Below are positions 1-8,134 of a DNA stretch of 35,293 nt, in pieces. The DNA is from Devosia sp. GTDB lineage: Bacteria > Pseudomonadota > Alphaproteobacteria > Rhizobiales > Devosiaceae. The stretch is taken from the NCBI GenBank assembly GCA_028290685.1, contig JAQGJI010000111.1, forward strand, positions 1 to 35,293, written 5' to 3'. Positions within the stretch are counted from its first letter, which is position 1. Each line of letters opens with the position of its first letter. The position numbers and the translations under genes were made by a program. The notes below the pieces were generated by a model that made no database searches, was not told where the DNA came from, and saw only the letters and a program-made list of their open reading frames with translations.

Positions 1-288
1 AATTCCCTTGCCACCATCATCGGGCCATTGGCTGCAACACAGATCTTTTCCTACTTCACCAGCGCGGCCGATTCGCCGGGCTATTTCCCCGGAGCGCCAT
101 TCATCGCTGCAAGCGCCTGCGTTGTTCTGGCACTCATCATCTTCTCCATCGCCGCGTGGCGGTTCGAACTCGGTCATCGGCCCAGCATTGCCAATCATCC
201 GCACGTTCCCGACATGCCGCCCCCCGGCCAGGTTCGGTTGCCTCCGATAGATGAAGACGACGTTGATGCAAGTACGCCCCGCCATTGA
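1..288 (+). CDS. MFS transporter (TetA/TCR-like), C-terminal fragment, 5'-truncated by window edge
   Basis: Frame 1 open from base 1: NSLATIIGPLAATQIFSYF...PGAPFIAASACVVLALIIF, like the last two TM helices of TetA-type MFS, plus a Pro-rich tail. Confidence 0.7.
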   Translation, partial: NSLATIIGPLAATQIFSYFTSAADSPGYFPGAPFIAASACVVLALIIFSIAAWRFELGHRPSIANHPHVPDMPPPGQVRLPPIDEDDVDASTPRH

Positions 289-748
289 CGCGGATCGCCC
301 GGCGGTTCTGGCCATCGTTGCGCCGGTTCTGGCAGCTGGCGAAACATATGCCATCGCCCGTGACCTCGACGCCGCGGCGGCTCTCGCCTACTGGTTCAGC
401 CCCGCCCACGATGTGTTCGTGGCCCAGGACAGGGATGTCGTCGCTGGCACCTACTATCTTCAGGCCAACCAGCAGGGTGGCGGCGCCCATGTCGCCAATT
501 GCGGGTACATGACCGCGCCAGCCGCTCAAGGTAAAGGTGTTGCGCGTGCCATGTGCGAACACTCCCTGATCGAGGCGCGAAAACGCGGTTTCCGAGCCAT
601 GCAGTTCAACCATGTGGTCTCAACCAACAGCCGCGCCGTGGCTCTGTGGCAAAAACTGGGCTTTGCCATTGTCGGCACCCTCCCCAAAGCGTTCCAGCAT
701 CCTGTTCACGGCTATGTCGACAGCTACGTGATGTTCCGCGAACTCTGA
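266..748 (+). CDS. GNAT family N-acetyltransferase
   Basis: MQVRPA start; motif A 'AQGKGVARAM'; C-terminal 'N-RAVALWQKLGF'; overlaps upstream MFS stop by 23 nt. Confidence 0.9.
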   Translation: MQVRPAIDADRPAVLAIVAPVLAAGETYAIARDLDAAAALAYWFSPAHDVFVAQDRDVVAGTYYLQANQQGGGAHVANCGYMTAPAAQGKGVARAMCEHSLIEARKRGFRAMQFNHVVSTNSRAVALWQKLGFAIVGTLPKAFQHPVHGYVDSYVMFREL

Positions 749-766
749 GTTGTGATGGCGCGGGCC

Positions 767-791
767 GGAACGTTTGGACTCGTGCCTAGTT
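767..791 (+). promoter_or_regulatory. Putative sigma-EcfG (general stress) promoter GGAAC-N16-AGTT
   Basis: GGAAC gtttggactcgtgcct AGTT, 24 nt upstream of ATG 816; one mismatch to GGAAC-N16/17-CGTT. Confidence 0.55.
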
Positions 792-815
792 CAGACAAGG
801 TCAGGAGCCAGGAAA

Positions 816-1091
816 ATGCCACGCTTTTTCTTTAATCACACGACCAAGTCAGGCGAACGCGAGATCGATATCGACGGTCTCAAGCTGCAATCGCTCAACA
901 ACGCCATCGAGGAAGCAAGCTTTGCCGCCCAAGGGGCAGTAGCGCTGGCTGAAGAGCCGACCGAAGGCGTATTCGAAATCGAGGACGAGGGTCGTGTCGT
1001 TGTCGCGCGCGTACCCTATGTTGCCGGTTCGGATGAAAGCCATGCCGATCCTGCCGAGCAGGACAGCGCCAGCGACAAGCCTTCTGAATAA
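816..1091 (+). CDS. Small hypothetical protein, DUF6894-like
   Basis: MPRFFFNH...DIDGLKL.SL..AIEEA pattern recalled for this alphaproteobacterial family; AGGAG SD upstream; followed by terminator. Confidence 0.7.
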   Translation: MPRFFFNHTTKSGEREIDIDGLKLQSLNNAIEEASFAAQGAVALAEEPTEGVFEIEDEGRVVVARVPYVAGSDESHADPAEQDSASDKPSE

Positions 1092-1119
1092 AAAGCCCCG
1101 CAACAGCGGGGCTTTGTTT
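1092..1119. terminator. Intrinsic terminator, probably bidirectional
   Basis: aaagccccgc-aaca-gcggggcttt with A and T flanks between convergent genes. Confidence 0.8.
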
Positions 1120-1168
1120 GCTCGTGATCTGGCACGGCTTTAGGTGAGCTGGCGGAAGCCGCCTGGTT

Positions 1169-2587
1169 TCACTTGCCGAGTGTTGACGGCCAGGTGCCAT
1201 GCAGATCGCTGCCACGCCCGACGATCTCGAAGCCATGCGCACCGAAGAAATCGCGCTGCCCCTGGATCAGATTGGCCGTTCCCTGCGCCTGGCGATAGCT
1301 GTCGAAATAGCTCAGTGCCGCTGACAGGCACATCATCGGGAACTCACCCGCTGCTGCTGCCGCAACCACCTTGCGCAGGCTTGGATGGGCATTTTTCATC
1401 AAGGCGACGAAGTCCGGCACGACCAGCAGGTTTACATTGCCGCCCTTCTCGTAAGCGGCTGACATCTGGTCAAGAAAACGCGACCGGATGATGCACCCGG
1501 CACGCCAAATCTTGGCAATGGTCGCCAGCGGCAGGGCCCAGCCGTTTTCTTCCGAGGCCTTGGCAATCACGGCAAAACCCTGGGCGTAGGAGACAATCTT
1601 GCCCGCCAGCAGTGCCTGCTCCAAATCGGCCAACGACACATCGGTCCTGGCCCGGCTTGGCGTTCCGTAGATGCTCTGGGCTGCTACACGCTCGTCCTTG
1701 CGCGATGAAATCGAGCGCGCCGCGACCGCGCCCTCGATGGCGGTTGCCGGCACACCCATCTGTTGCGCCACGATCGCCGACCAGACGCCGGTGCCCTTTT
1801 GCCCGGCCTTGTCGAGGATCAGTTCAACCAGTGGCTTGCCGGTCTGCTCATCGACCGCCGCCAGCACATGGCCGGTGATCTCGATCAGATAGGAGTTGAG
1901 CGGACCCTTGTTCCACTCCTTGAACACGTCGGCGCATTCCCCCGGGCTCATGCCCAGCCCGTCACGCATCACGCCATAGACTTCGGCGATCATCTGCATG
2001 TCGCCATATTCGATGCCGTTGTGGATGGTCTTGACGAAGTGGCCCGCGCCGCCCTCCCCCAGATAAGCGCAGCAGCTTTCGCCGTTGAACTGGGCGGCAA
2101 TGGCGGTCAGTACGCTTTCCGCATTGTGCCACTGTTCCTTGGAGCCCCCCACCATGATCGAAGGACCATGGCGCGCGCCCTCTTCGCCACCCGAGACGCC
2201 AACGCCCAGATAACCGATGCCCTTGGGCTTGAGATAGTCGAAGCGGCGCTGCGTGTCGGTGAACAGCGAATTGCCGCATTCAATGATCGCATCACCCTGC
2301 TCCAGATGGGGCAGCAATTGCTCGATCATCGCATCGACCGGCGCACCCGCCTTGACCATGATGATGATCGAGCGCGGGCGCTTTACCGCCTGGACGAAGT
2401 CGGCAAGCTCGTATCTGGCGACGGTCCTGCCGTCGAGCCCCTGCGCCTTGGCCTCGGCGACGAACTCATCGATGCGCCCGGAAGAGCGGTTGTGGACGGC
2501 GATTGTATAGCCTTTTTCTGCAATGTTCAGGGCCAGGTTCGAACCCATCACGGCCAGCCCGATCAGGCCAATATCTGCAGTCGACAT
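1169..2587 (-). CDS. gnd: NADP-dependent 6-phosphogluconate dehydrogenase (decarboxylating)
   Basis: IGLIGLAVMG Rossmann motif, GVSGGEEGA, HNGIEYGDMQ, QKGTG, QRDFFGAH. Confidence 0.97.
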   Translation of the reverse strand: MSTADIGLIGLAVMGSNLALNIAEKGYTIAVHNRSSGRIDEFVAEAKAQGLDGRTVARYELADFVQAVKRPRSIIIMVKAGAPVDAMIEQLLPHLEQGDAIIECGNSLFTDTQRRFDYLKPKGIGYLGVGVSGGEEGARHGPSIMVGGSKEQWHNAESVLTAIAAQFNGESCCAYLGEGGAGHFVKTIHNGIEYGDMQMIAEVYGVMRDGLGMSPGECADVFKEWNKGPLNSYLIEITGHVLAAVDEQTGKPLVELILDKAGQKGTGVWSAIVAQQMGVPATAIEGAVAARSISSRKDERVAAQSIYGTPSRARTDVSLADLEQALLAGKIVSYAQGFAVIAKASEENGWALPLATIAKIWRAGCIIRSRFLDQMSAAYEKGGNVNLLVVPDFVALMKNAHPSLRKVVAAAAAGEFPMMCLSAALSYFDSYRQAQGTANLIQGQRDFFGAHGFEIVGRGSDLHGTWPSTLGK

Positions 2588-2785
2588 ACACGCGTCCTTC
2601 CGAAGGTCTTTTCGCCAATCCATGCGTCCAGCGCATGCAACACGGCGCGACCTGACCACAATTGCATCGGATACGGAAGGCGGATTCACGCATAAACGAG
2701 CTAAATATCGCTCCTTGTATGGCAGAATCGATTGCCTCTGGGCGAGCGCGCCCCTACCGTCTCGCAACTGCGCCTGGGGATAGCA

Positions 2786-3550
2786 ATGGCACCAAGTTTT
2801 GATCTTTCCGGCAAACGAGCGCTGATCACCGGCTCCAGCCGCGGGCTGGGCTATGCCATGGCCCAGGCCCTTGCGGGAGCTGGCGCTGCCGTGGTGCTCA
2901 ACGCCCGCGATGAAGTCGCGCTTGGCCTGGCCGCTGCCGAGCTTGCGGCAACGGGCGCCGCAGTCCACGCCCTGGCTTTCGATGTCACCAGCGAAGACAG
3001 CGTCGGAGACGCCGTGGCCCACTGCGAAACCCAGATCGGCCCCATCGACATCCTGATCAACAATGCGGGCATTCAGATTCGCGGCTCACTCGAGGACTAC
3101 GCCCACGATAAATTCGAGCAGATGCTGGCGACCCATGTCGTTGCGACCTTTACCGTCAGCAAGGCCGTCGCCAAGGCCATGATCGGCCGTGGACACGGCA
3201 AGATCATCAATATCTGTTCGGTTCTGAGCTCGCTCGCCCGCCCCACCGTTGCACCCTATGGAGCCGCCAAGGCGGCGGTCGCCAACCTCACCCGCGGCAT
3301 GGCTGCGGATTGGGCGCCACGCGGGCTCAACATCAATGCCATTGCGCCGGGCTATTTCAAGACCGAGCTGAACAAGACCCTGATGGCAGATCCACAGTTC
3401 AACAACTGGGTGGAACAGCGCACCCCCATGCGCCGCTGGGGCAATCTGGACGAGTTGGGCGGCGCGGCGGTTTTCCTCGCCTCCCCGGCATCGAGCTTCA
3501 TCAACGGTCACATCCTTTATGTGGATGGCGGCTTCACGGCGGTGGTTTGA
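2786..3550 (+). CDS. SDR oxidoreductase, gluconate 5-dehydrogenase-like
   Basis: FDLSGKRALITGSSRGLG, NNAGIQ, YxxxK, IAPGYFKTELN; lies between gnd and gluconokinase. Confidence 0.88.
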   Translation: MAPSFDLSGKRALITGSSRGLGYAMAQALAGAGAAVVLNARDEVALGLAAAELAATGAAVHALAFDVTSEDSVGDAVAHCETQIGPIDILINNAGIQIRGSLEDYAHDKFEQMLATHVVATFTVSKAVAKAMIGRGHGKIINICSVLSSLARPTVAPYGAAKAAVANLTRGMAADWAPRGLNINAIAPGYFKTELNKTLMADPQFNNWVEQRTPMRRWGNLDELGGAAVFLASPASSFINGHILYVDGGFTAVV

Positions 3551-3553
3551 TCG

Positions 3554-4096
3554 ATGGCTTTGACTCCCGCCAGAATCATCATCGTGATGGGCGTCAGCTC
3601 CTCCGGGAAGTCCACGGTAGGGCAGTCCATAGCGCGCCGCCTGCACGCGCCATTCCTCGATGGTGATGGATATCATCCCGCGGCCAATGTCGAAAAGATG
3701 CGCGCCGGCATTCCCCTGGTCGATGAGGATCGCTGGCCGTGGCTCGAGCGCCTGGCGCAGTCCCTGCATGAAGCCGCTGATCGCAAGGATGCTGCCGTGG
3801 GCGCTTGCTCTGCCCTGCGGCGCGTCTATCGGGACTATCTTGTCGAGAAAGCCGGCGAACCGATCCTGTTCGTGTATCTGGAGGGAACCCAGGCGGTCAT
3901 CGCCGAGCGGATGGCGAGGCGCAGCCACGAATACATGCCCGCAAGCCTGCTCGACTCCCAGTTCGCGACTCTGGAAGTGCCCGACCCACGGCACGAAAAC
4001 GTGCTGGTCGTTCCGGTCACCGATAGTGTTGAAAAGATCACGTTGACGGCCCTCAAGGCGGCCGATCACCTCAAGCGGTTCAAGCGCTGGCAATGA
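3554..4096 (+). CDS. Gluconokinase (GntK/IdnK family)
   Basis: MGVSSSGKST P-loop, DGDGYHP.AN..KM..GIPL.DEDR.PWL, ACSAL, LLDSQFATLE. Confidence 0.95.
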   Translation: MALTPARIIIVMGVSSSGKSTVGQSIARRLHAPFLDGDGYHPAANVEKMRAGIPLVDEDRWPWLERLAQSLHEAADRKDAAVGACSALRRVYRDYLVEKAGEPILFVYLEGTQAVIAERMARRSHEYMPASLLDSQFATLEVPDPRHENVLVVPVTDSVEKITLTALKAADHLKRFKRWQ

Positions 4097-4104
4097 TTGC
4101 AGTG

Positions 4105-4575
4105 CTATTCAGCCGGCGGGCCCTCTGCCCGTGACAGGCTCGCATTGTAGTAGCGATCATCGTGCGTCACTTCCCGGCCGATCCAGTCGGGGATTTGCAC
4201 ATGCTGGTCTTCGCTCTCGAGTTCGACTTCAGCAATAATCAGTCCCTGGTGCCGTCCCCCGAACACATCCACCTCCCAGGTCAGCCCGCCCCAGGGCACC
4301 AGGTGTCGCTGCTTTTCGAGCACATGCGGCTCTGCCATCAGCAGCAGTTCGCGCCCGTCGCCAACGGGAATTTCGTATTCGTATTCCGCCCGCGACCGTC
4401 CATGAACAGCGCCCTTGAGCGTCAGGAACGCCTCACGGTCGTCCCTGCTGCGCACCCGGACCGTCGCCTTGGCATTGGACGACAGATACCCCTGTCGGAT
4501 CGCAGTGCTTTTGATGATCAACGCCTGCCAGCCGTCATCCCTCACCAGGAACTTGCGCTCGATCTCTGTCGCCAT
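4105..4575 (-). CDS. CYTH domain protein (triphosphate tunnel metalloenzyme)
   Basis: EIERKFLV N-terminal ExExK motif, IRQGYL, WEVDVF, AEVEL, W.G.EVT. Confidence 0.93.
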   Translation of the reverse strand: MATEIERKFLVRDDGWQALIIKSTAIRQGYLSSNAKATVRVRSRDDREAFLTLKGAVHGRSRAEYEYEIPVGDGRELLLMAEPHVLEKQRHLVPWGGLTWEVDVFGGRHQGLIIAEVELESEDQHVQIPDWIGREVTHDDRYYNASLSRAEGPPAE

Positions 4576-4576
4576 C

Positions 4577-5461
4577 TCAGGGTTTCCCAGGTAGCAATGA
4601 CCAATATTGCTGGAAGCGCCGCCGCAGTGCCTCCGGCTTTCCGGCCGCCAGTTGCCGTCCGAGCGTAAAAGCTGCTGCCGCCAGTTCGTCCTGCTGCGCT
4701 TTGAGCACTTTGATGACAGGGCCCTTGATCGCCATGCTGGTGAAGGTCTGCTGCAAGACTGCAAGATTGTGATGCTCGCCCAACAAATCGCCTAAATCGT
4801 CAACTGCCGCTTGCCGGCCTCTCAACAATTCTGGTGCGCTGCGTCGCAGCAGGTTCACGTGATGCCCGTGATATTTGGCCGTTTTGCGCCACTCGTGCAG
4901 ATGCTCGGCAATCGGCTCGTCCTGGGCCTGAGCCAGCCGCTTGCGAAACTGCCGGTAATTTGCCGTCAGCCCGTCGCCCAGGATGTCAAAGCCCCGCCCA
5001 TCGAATGACCAATCATCGATCCTTCGTGCAGCCGCTGCAAAGATATAGCCAAATCTGGCGAACGGATCCTCGCTGCCCCCTCCTGGCTGCCGGGCCTGCT
5101 CGGCCAGCATGGCAGAAAGGGCCTCGGCTTGCGCTGGGCTGATCCGGGCATCGCCATGGCGGCGATCGAATGCCAGCACATGCGCGAAAGTTTCGACCAT
5201 CACGGCTGCGTCGCGCGCTTGCGACAGCGAGGCGGCGGCCTTGCGGAACGCTCCATTTTCCTTGTCCGCACCCGCAAAGCGCGGGCCCACCAGCCGCACC
5301 AGCCCGCGCAACTTCTTGCAGATGCGCCGCAGGCTGTGGACGGTTTTGTCCGCCTCGTCGCGCGGTGCTGCGATCTTTCCGAGAGCCTTGTCGATCTGTT
5401 CGCTGGCAGTGGCGCGCACTTGCGCGTCGACGTTCTTGCGGTGCGTAAAGGCGAAAGTCAT
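4577..5461 (-). CDS. CHAD domain protein
   Basis: VHSLRRICKKLR, RDAAV, LHEWRK, LGEHHNL repeated His/Arg/Lys motifs. Confidence 0.9.
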   Translation of the reverse strand: MTFAFTHRKNVDAQVRATASEQIDKALGKIAAPRDEADKTVHSLRRICKKLRGLVRLVGPRFAGADKENGAFRKAAASLSQARDAAVMVETFAHVLAFDRRHGDARISPAQAEALSAMLAEQARQPGGGSEDPFARFGYIFAAAARRIDDWSFDGRGFDILGDGLTANYRQFRKRLAQAQDEPIAEHLHEWRKTAKYHGHHVNLLRRSAPELLRGRQAAVDDLGDLLGEHHNLAVLQQTFTSMAIKGPVIKVLKAQQDELAAAAFTLGRQLAAGKPEALRRRFQQYWSLLPGKP

Positions 5462-5550
5462 TGGCAAACCTGAACAAAGGACAAGAGTGCATCCCGATGG
5501 CAACACTAAGACCCAAACGCTGTCACAAACCAGTCCTGTTGCGCCAACAG

Positions 5551-5584
5551 GAAAAAGGCCGCCCTTCCGGACGGCCTTTTTTTC
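5551..5584. terminator. Intrinsic terminator downstream of csbD
   Basis: gaaaaaggccg-cccttccgga-cggccttttttt. Confidence 0.8.
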
Positions 5585-5600
5585 CATGATGGCGGCGTAG

Positions 5601-5783
5601 TCAGTGCTTCAGGGCATCGCGCACAGCATCTTTGGCTTCGCCGACTTTCTGCTGAACCTTGCCTTCAGCTTTGTCGAGCTTCCCTTCACTCTGAAGCTTT
5701 TCGTTGCCGGTCAGCCCGCCAGCGGCGTCCTTGAGAGAGCCCTTGACCTGCTTGCCGGCGCCGTCCATTTGATCTTTGTGCAT
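5601..5783 (-). CDS. csbD: CsbD family general stress protein
   Basis: KDQMDGAGKQVKGSLKDAAGGLTGNEKLQSEGKLDK; GAGGAG SD. Confidence 0.93.
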   Translation of the reverse strand: MHKDQMDGAGKQVKGSLKDAAGGLTGNEKLQSEGKLDKAEGKVQQKVGEAKDAVRDALKH

Positions 5784-5814
5784 GATATTCTCCTCTCATT
5801 GTCGTTGCAGTATC

Positions 5815-5839
5815 AACGGCACAGCGAGTCATGAGTTCC
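5815..5839 (-). promoter_or_regulatory. sigma-EcfG promoter GGAAC-N16-CGTT for csbD
   Basis: Minus strand GGAAC tcatgactcgctgtgc CGTT, exact consensus, upstream of a typical general-stress gene. Confidence 0.8.
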
Positions 5840-5915
5840 TTTGCCCTGTTCACGGTCCTGGCACCGCCACAGGGTGGTGTTGTTCAAACCGCTTGCTCTC
5901 TGCTAGGACCCCACC

Positions 5916-6587
5916 ATGCCCGGTCCCATGCCCACCCTTGTTGATTACTTTCCTGCGCTCGACCCCTATCTGATCGTGCTTCATGTGGACGACGATATCC
6001 TCGTCCTCGACAAGCCCAGCGGCCTGCTCAGCGTTCCGGGGAAGGATCCGTCCCTTTGGGATTGCCTTGAATACCGCGCCCGCCAGCAGTGGCCCACCGC
6101 CGGCATGTGCCATCGGCTCGACAAGGATACTTCAGGCGTTCTGGTGATGGCGCTCAACAAGCGCGCCCACGGCCGCATCGGCTCGCAATTCGAGCACCGC
6201 AAGACCACCAAGGCCTATATCGCGCGCGTTGCCGGCATCATCGAAGAGGACACTGGCCTCATCGATCTACCCCTCGCCACCGATTGGGAAAACAAGCCTC
6301 GCCAGCGCGTCGACCATGAAAACGGCCGCCCCTCGCAAACCGAATGGACAGTGCTGGAGCGCGAAGCCGACGCCACTCGCGTGCGTCTGCACCCCCTTAC
6401 CGGCCGTACCCACCAGTTGCGAGTGCACATGAAGGCAATCGGCCATGTGATTCTGGGGGATGCCTTTTATGCCGATCCCGCAGCCTTCGCCGCCGCCGAC
6501 CGCCTCCAGCTGCACGCCGCAGAACTAGGCTTCACGCACCCTACTACCGGTGAGTTCCAGACCTTCGTCGCACCAACGCCCTTCTGA
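5916..6587 (+). CDS. RluA family pseudouridine synthase
   Basis: DKPSGLLSVPG, HRLDKDTSG catalytic Asp motif, TGRTHQLRVH, LQLHA. Confidence 0.95.
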   Translation: MPGPMPTLVDYFPALDPYLIVLHVDDDILVLDKPSGLLSVPGKDPSLWDCLEYRARQQWPTAGMCHRLDKDTSGVLVMALNKRAHGRIGSQFEHRKTTKAYIARVAGIIEEDTGLIDLPLATDWENKPRQRVDHENGRPSQTEWTVLEREADATRVRLHPLTGRTHQLRVHMKAIGHVILGDAFYADPAAFAAADRLQLHAAELGFTHPTTGEFQTFVAPTPF

Positions 6588-6613
6588 GCTTCACGAAAGC
6601 GCACCACCCCGAT

Positions 6614-6751
6614 GTCATCCCGGGCCTTGAGCCGGATCCATCCTGAGATTTGCCTGAGAACGCGATCGGTCCAATCGACCTGCCGGCCGTCGTGGTCGAG
6701 ACGGATGCGCCGCGATGCTACCGGGATGGTGGTTCCCCTGCCGGCAATGAC
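6614..6751. repeat. Intergenic palindromic element (RIME/REP-like), copy A
   Basis: gtcatcccgg..ccggatccatcctgag...ccgggatgg..ccggcaatgac; ends complementary; same architecture as 28988..29086. Confidence 0.65.
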
Positions 6752-6783
6752 CCTGAGCGTGCTCCCCTCAAAAGAGAGCCGCC

Positions 6784-7068
6784 CTAGGCCTCGCCCAGAT
6801 AGCCCACCTCGATACGCTGAAACAAATGTCCGGGCTTCATCGTATCCAGCCAGCGCCGGAACGCCGCGACATCCTCGAACCCTGCCCGCCGCGCCTCCGC
6901 TTCGGTCACATCATCGGGGCTCATGTCGTCGATTGCCTTGATGGCGAGAACGCCGACCTTGGTCTTGAGCGTCCCACCCGCCCTTACGGTGGGCTTGCTC
7001 CAGCGCCGGAAGACGAGATCAACCTCGCCCGCCTTGATCTGCTCCAGCAGATCCCGCTTGAGCAGCAT
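6784..7068 (-). CDS. ASCH/PUA-like domain protein
   Basis: I.AG.....FRRW....V..G; 'VTEAEARRAGF' typical of ASCH C-terminal helix motif; TGATG overlap with ridA. Confidence 0.7.
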   Translation of the reverse strand: MLLKRDLLEQIKAGEVDLVFRRWSKPTVRAGGTLKTKVGVLAIKAIDDMSPDDVTEAEARRAGFEDVAAFRRWLDTMKPGHLFQRIEVGYLGEA

Positions 7069-7442
7069 CAGCCGATCACTCCGGTGGCCAGCATTTCCAC
7101 CTTCAGCCCGTCGGCCAGAAGCCCTGCGATCACGGTGGCGCGGACCGGATAGGGTGCGCTGAAATACTCACGGTAAACCGCGTTCATGCCGGCGGCATCG
7201 GCCTTGTCAGTCAAAAAGATCTGGACCTGCGTGATATTGGCCATGGTGCCGCCGGCCGCCGTGATTGCCCGCTTGAGGTTCTCCAGCGTCCGCCGCGTCT
7301 GCACGCCGATATCGCCGTGCACGATCTCGCCCGTCGCCGGGTCCTCGGCTATGGCCACCAGCCACACCTGTTGCCCCGCTTTGACGCAATCACTCACCGG
7401 CGAATTTGAGGGCGCCATGCCAACATCGATCTTTTCGATCAT
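7068..7442 (-). CDS. RidA/YjgF family enamine/imine deaminase
   Basis: QTRRTLENLK, AAGG, MNAVYREYF..PYPVRAT, KVEM. Confidence 0.92.
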   Translation of the reverse strand: MIEKIDVGMAPSNSPVSDCVKAGQQVWLVAIAEDPATGEIVHGDIGVQTRRTLENLKRAITAAGGTMANITQVQIFLTDKADAAGMNAVYREYFSAPYPVRATVIAGLLADGLKVEMLATGVIG

Positions 7443-7458
7443 CTGCTTACCTAAAAAC

Positions 7459-7544
7459 TGGTGCGGGCGGCGGGACTCGAACCCGCACGGGAATACTCCC
7501 TCCGGATTTTAAGTCCGGTGTGTCTACCATTCCACCACGCCCGC
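7459..7544 (-). tRNA. tRNA-Leu, anticodon TAA, CCA encoded
   Basis: GCGGGCG acceptor stem, CCGGA-CTTAAAA-TCCGG anticodon arm, long variable arm, GGTTCGAGTCC T-arm, ACCA end. Confidence 0.97.
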
Positions 7545-7552
7545 GATCGCGA

Positions 7553-8050
7553 TCAGTCCGTGCCGCCCGAAATTGGCGCTGCATAGGCAACGTCCAAATC
7601 CCAGGGAAAGAAAATCCACGTGTCCTGGCTGACCTCGGTGATAAACGTGTCCACCATCTCGCGCCCCTTGGGCTTGGCGTAGACCGTAGCGAAATGCGCC
7701 CCGGGCAGCATTTCGCGCACCACGCGGGCGGTCGAGCCGGTATCCACCAGATCATCCACGATCAGCACTTTTGCCCCATTGCGGGCGAGATCGAGCACCG
7801 GCGCGCTGATTTCCTTCAGGACCTTGATGCCACCTTTGTTCTGATGGTCATAGCTTTTGACCGAAACCGTTTCCACGGTCCGGATATTGAGCTCGCGCGC
7901 CACGATGGCCGCCGGCACCAGCCCACCACGTGCAATGGCAACCACCGCATCGAACGGGCCAAGGCTCGCCAGCCGCCAGGCAAGCGCCCGGCTGTCGCGG
8001 TGGAACTGGTCCCAGGATACCGGAAACGACTTTTCATTCGGATTACTCAA
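7553..8050 (-). CDS. gpt: Xanthine(-guanine) phosphoribosyltransferase
   Basis: [19 protein letters not shown] motif [20 protein letters not shown]; TTG start after AGGAGAG. Confidence 0.93.
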   Translation of the reverse strand: MSNPNEKSFPVSWDQFHRDSRALAWRLASLGPFDAVVAIARGGLVPAAIVARELNIRTVETVSVKSYDHQNKGGIKVLKEISAPVLDLARNGAKVLIVDDLVDTGSTARVVREMLPGAHFATVYAKPKGREMVDTFITEVSQDTWIFFPWDLDVAYAAPISGGTD

Positions 8051-8134
8051 ATCATGTCTCTCCTGGCAACAGCAGCACATCGGCAGCGTCAAACCGCAAG
8101 GCGCCTGCTTAGCAAAGCTGAACCCTTCCGCCAA

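Noticed and set aside
7459-7544. tRNA as an integration site for an island
   Set aside because: No integrase and no duplicated tRNA 3' end seen; flanks look like ordinary chromosome.
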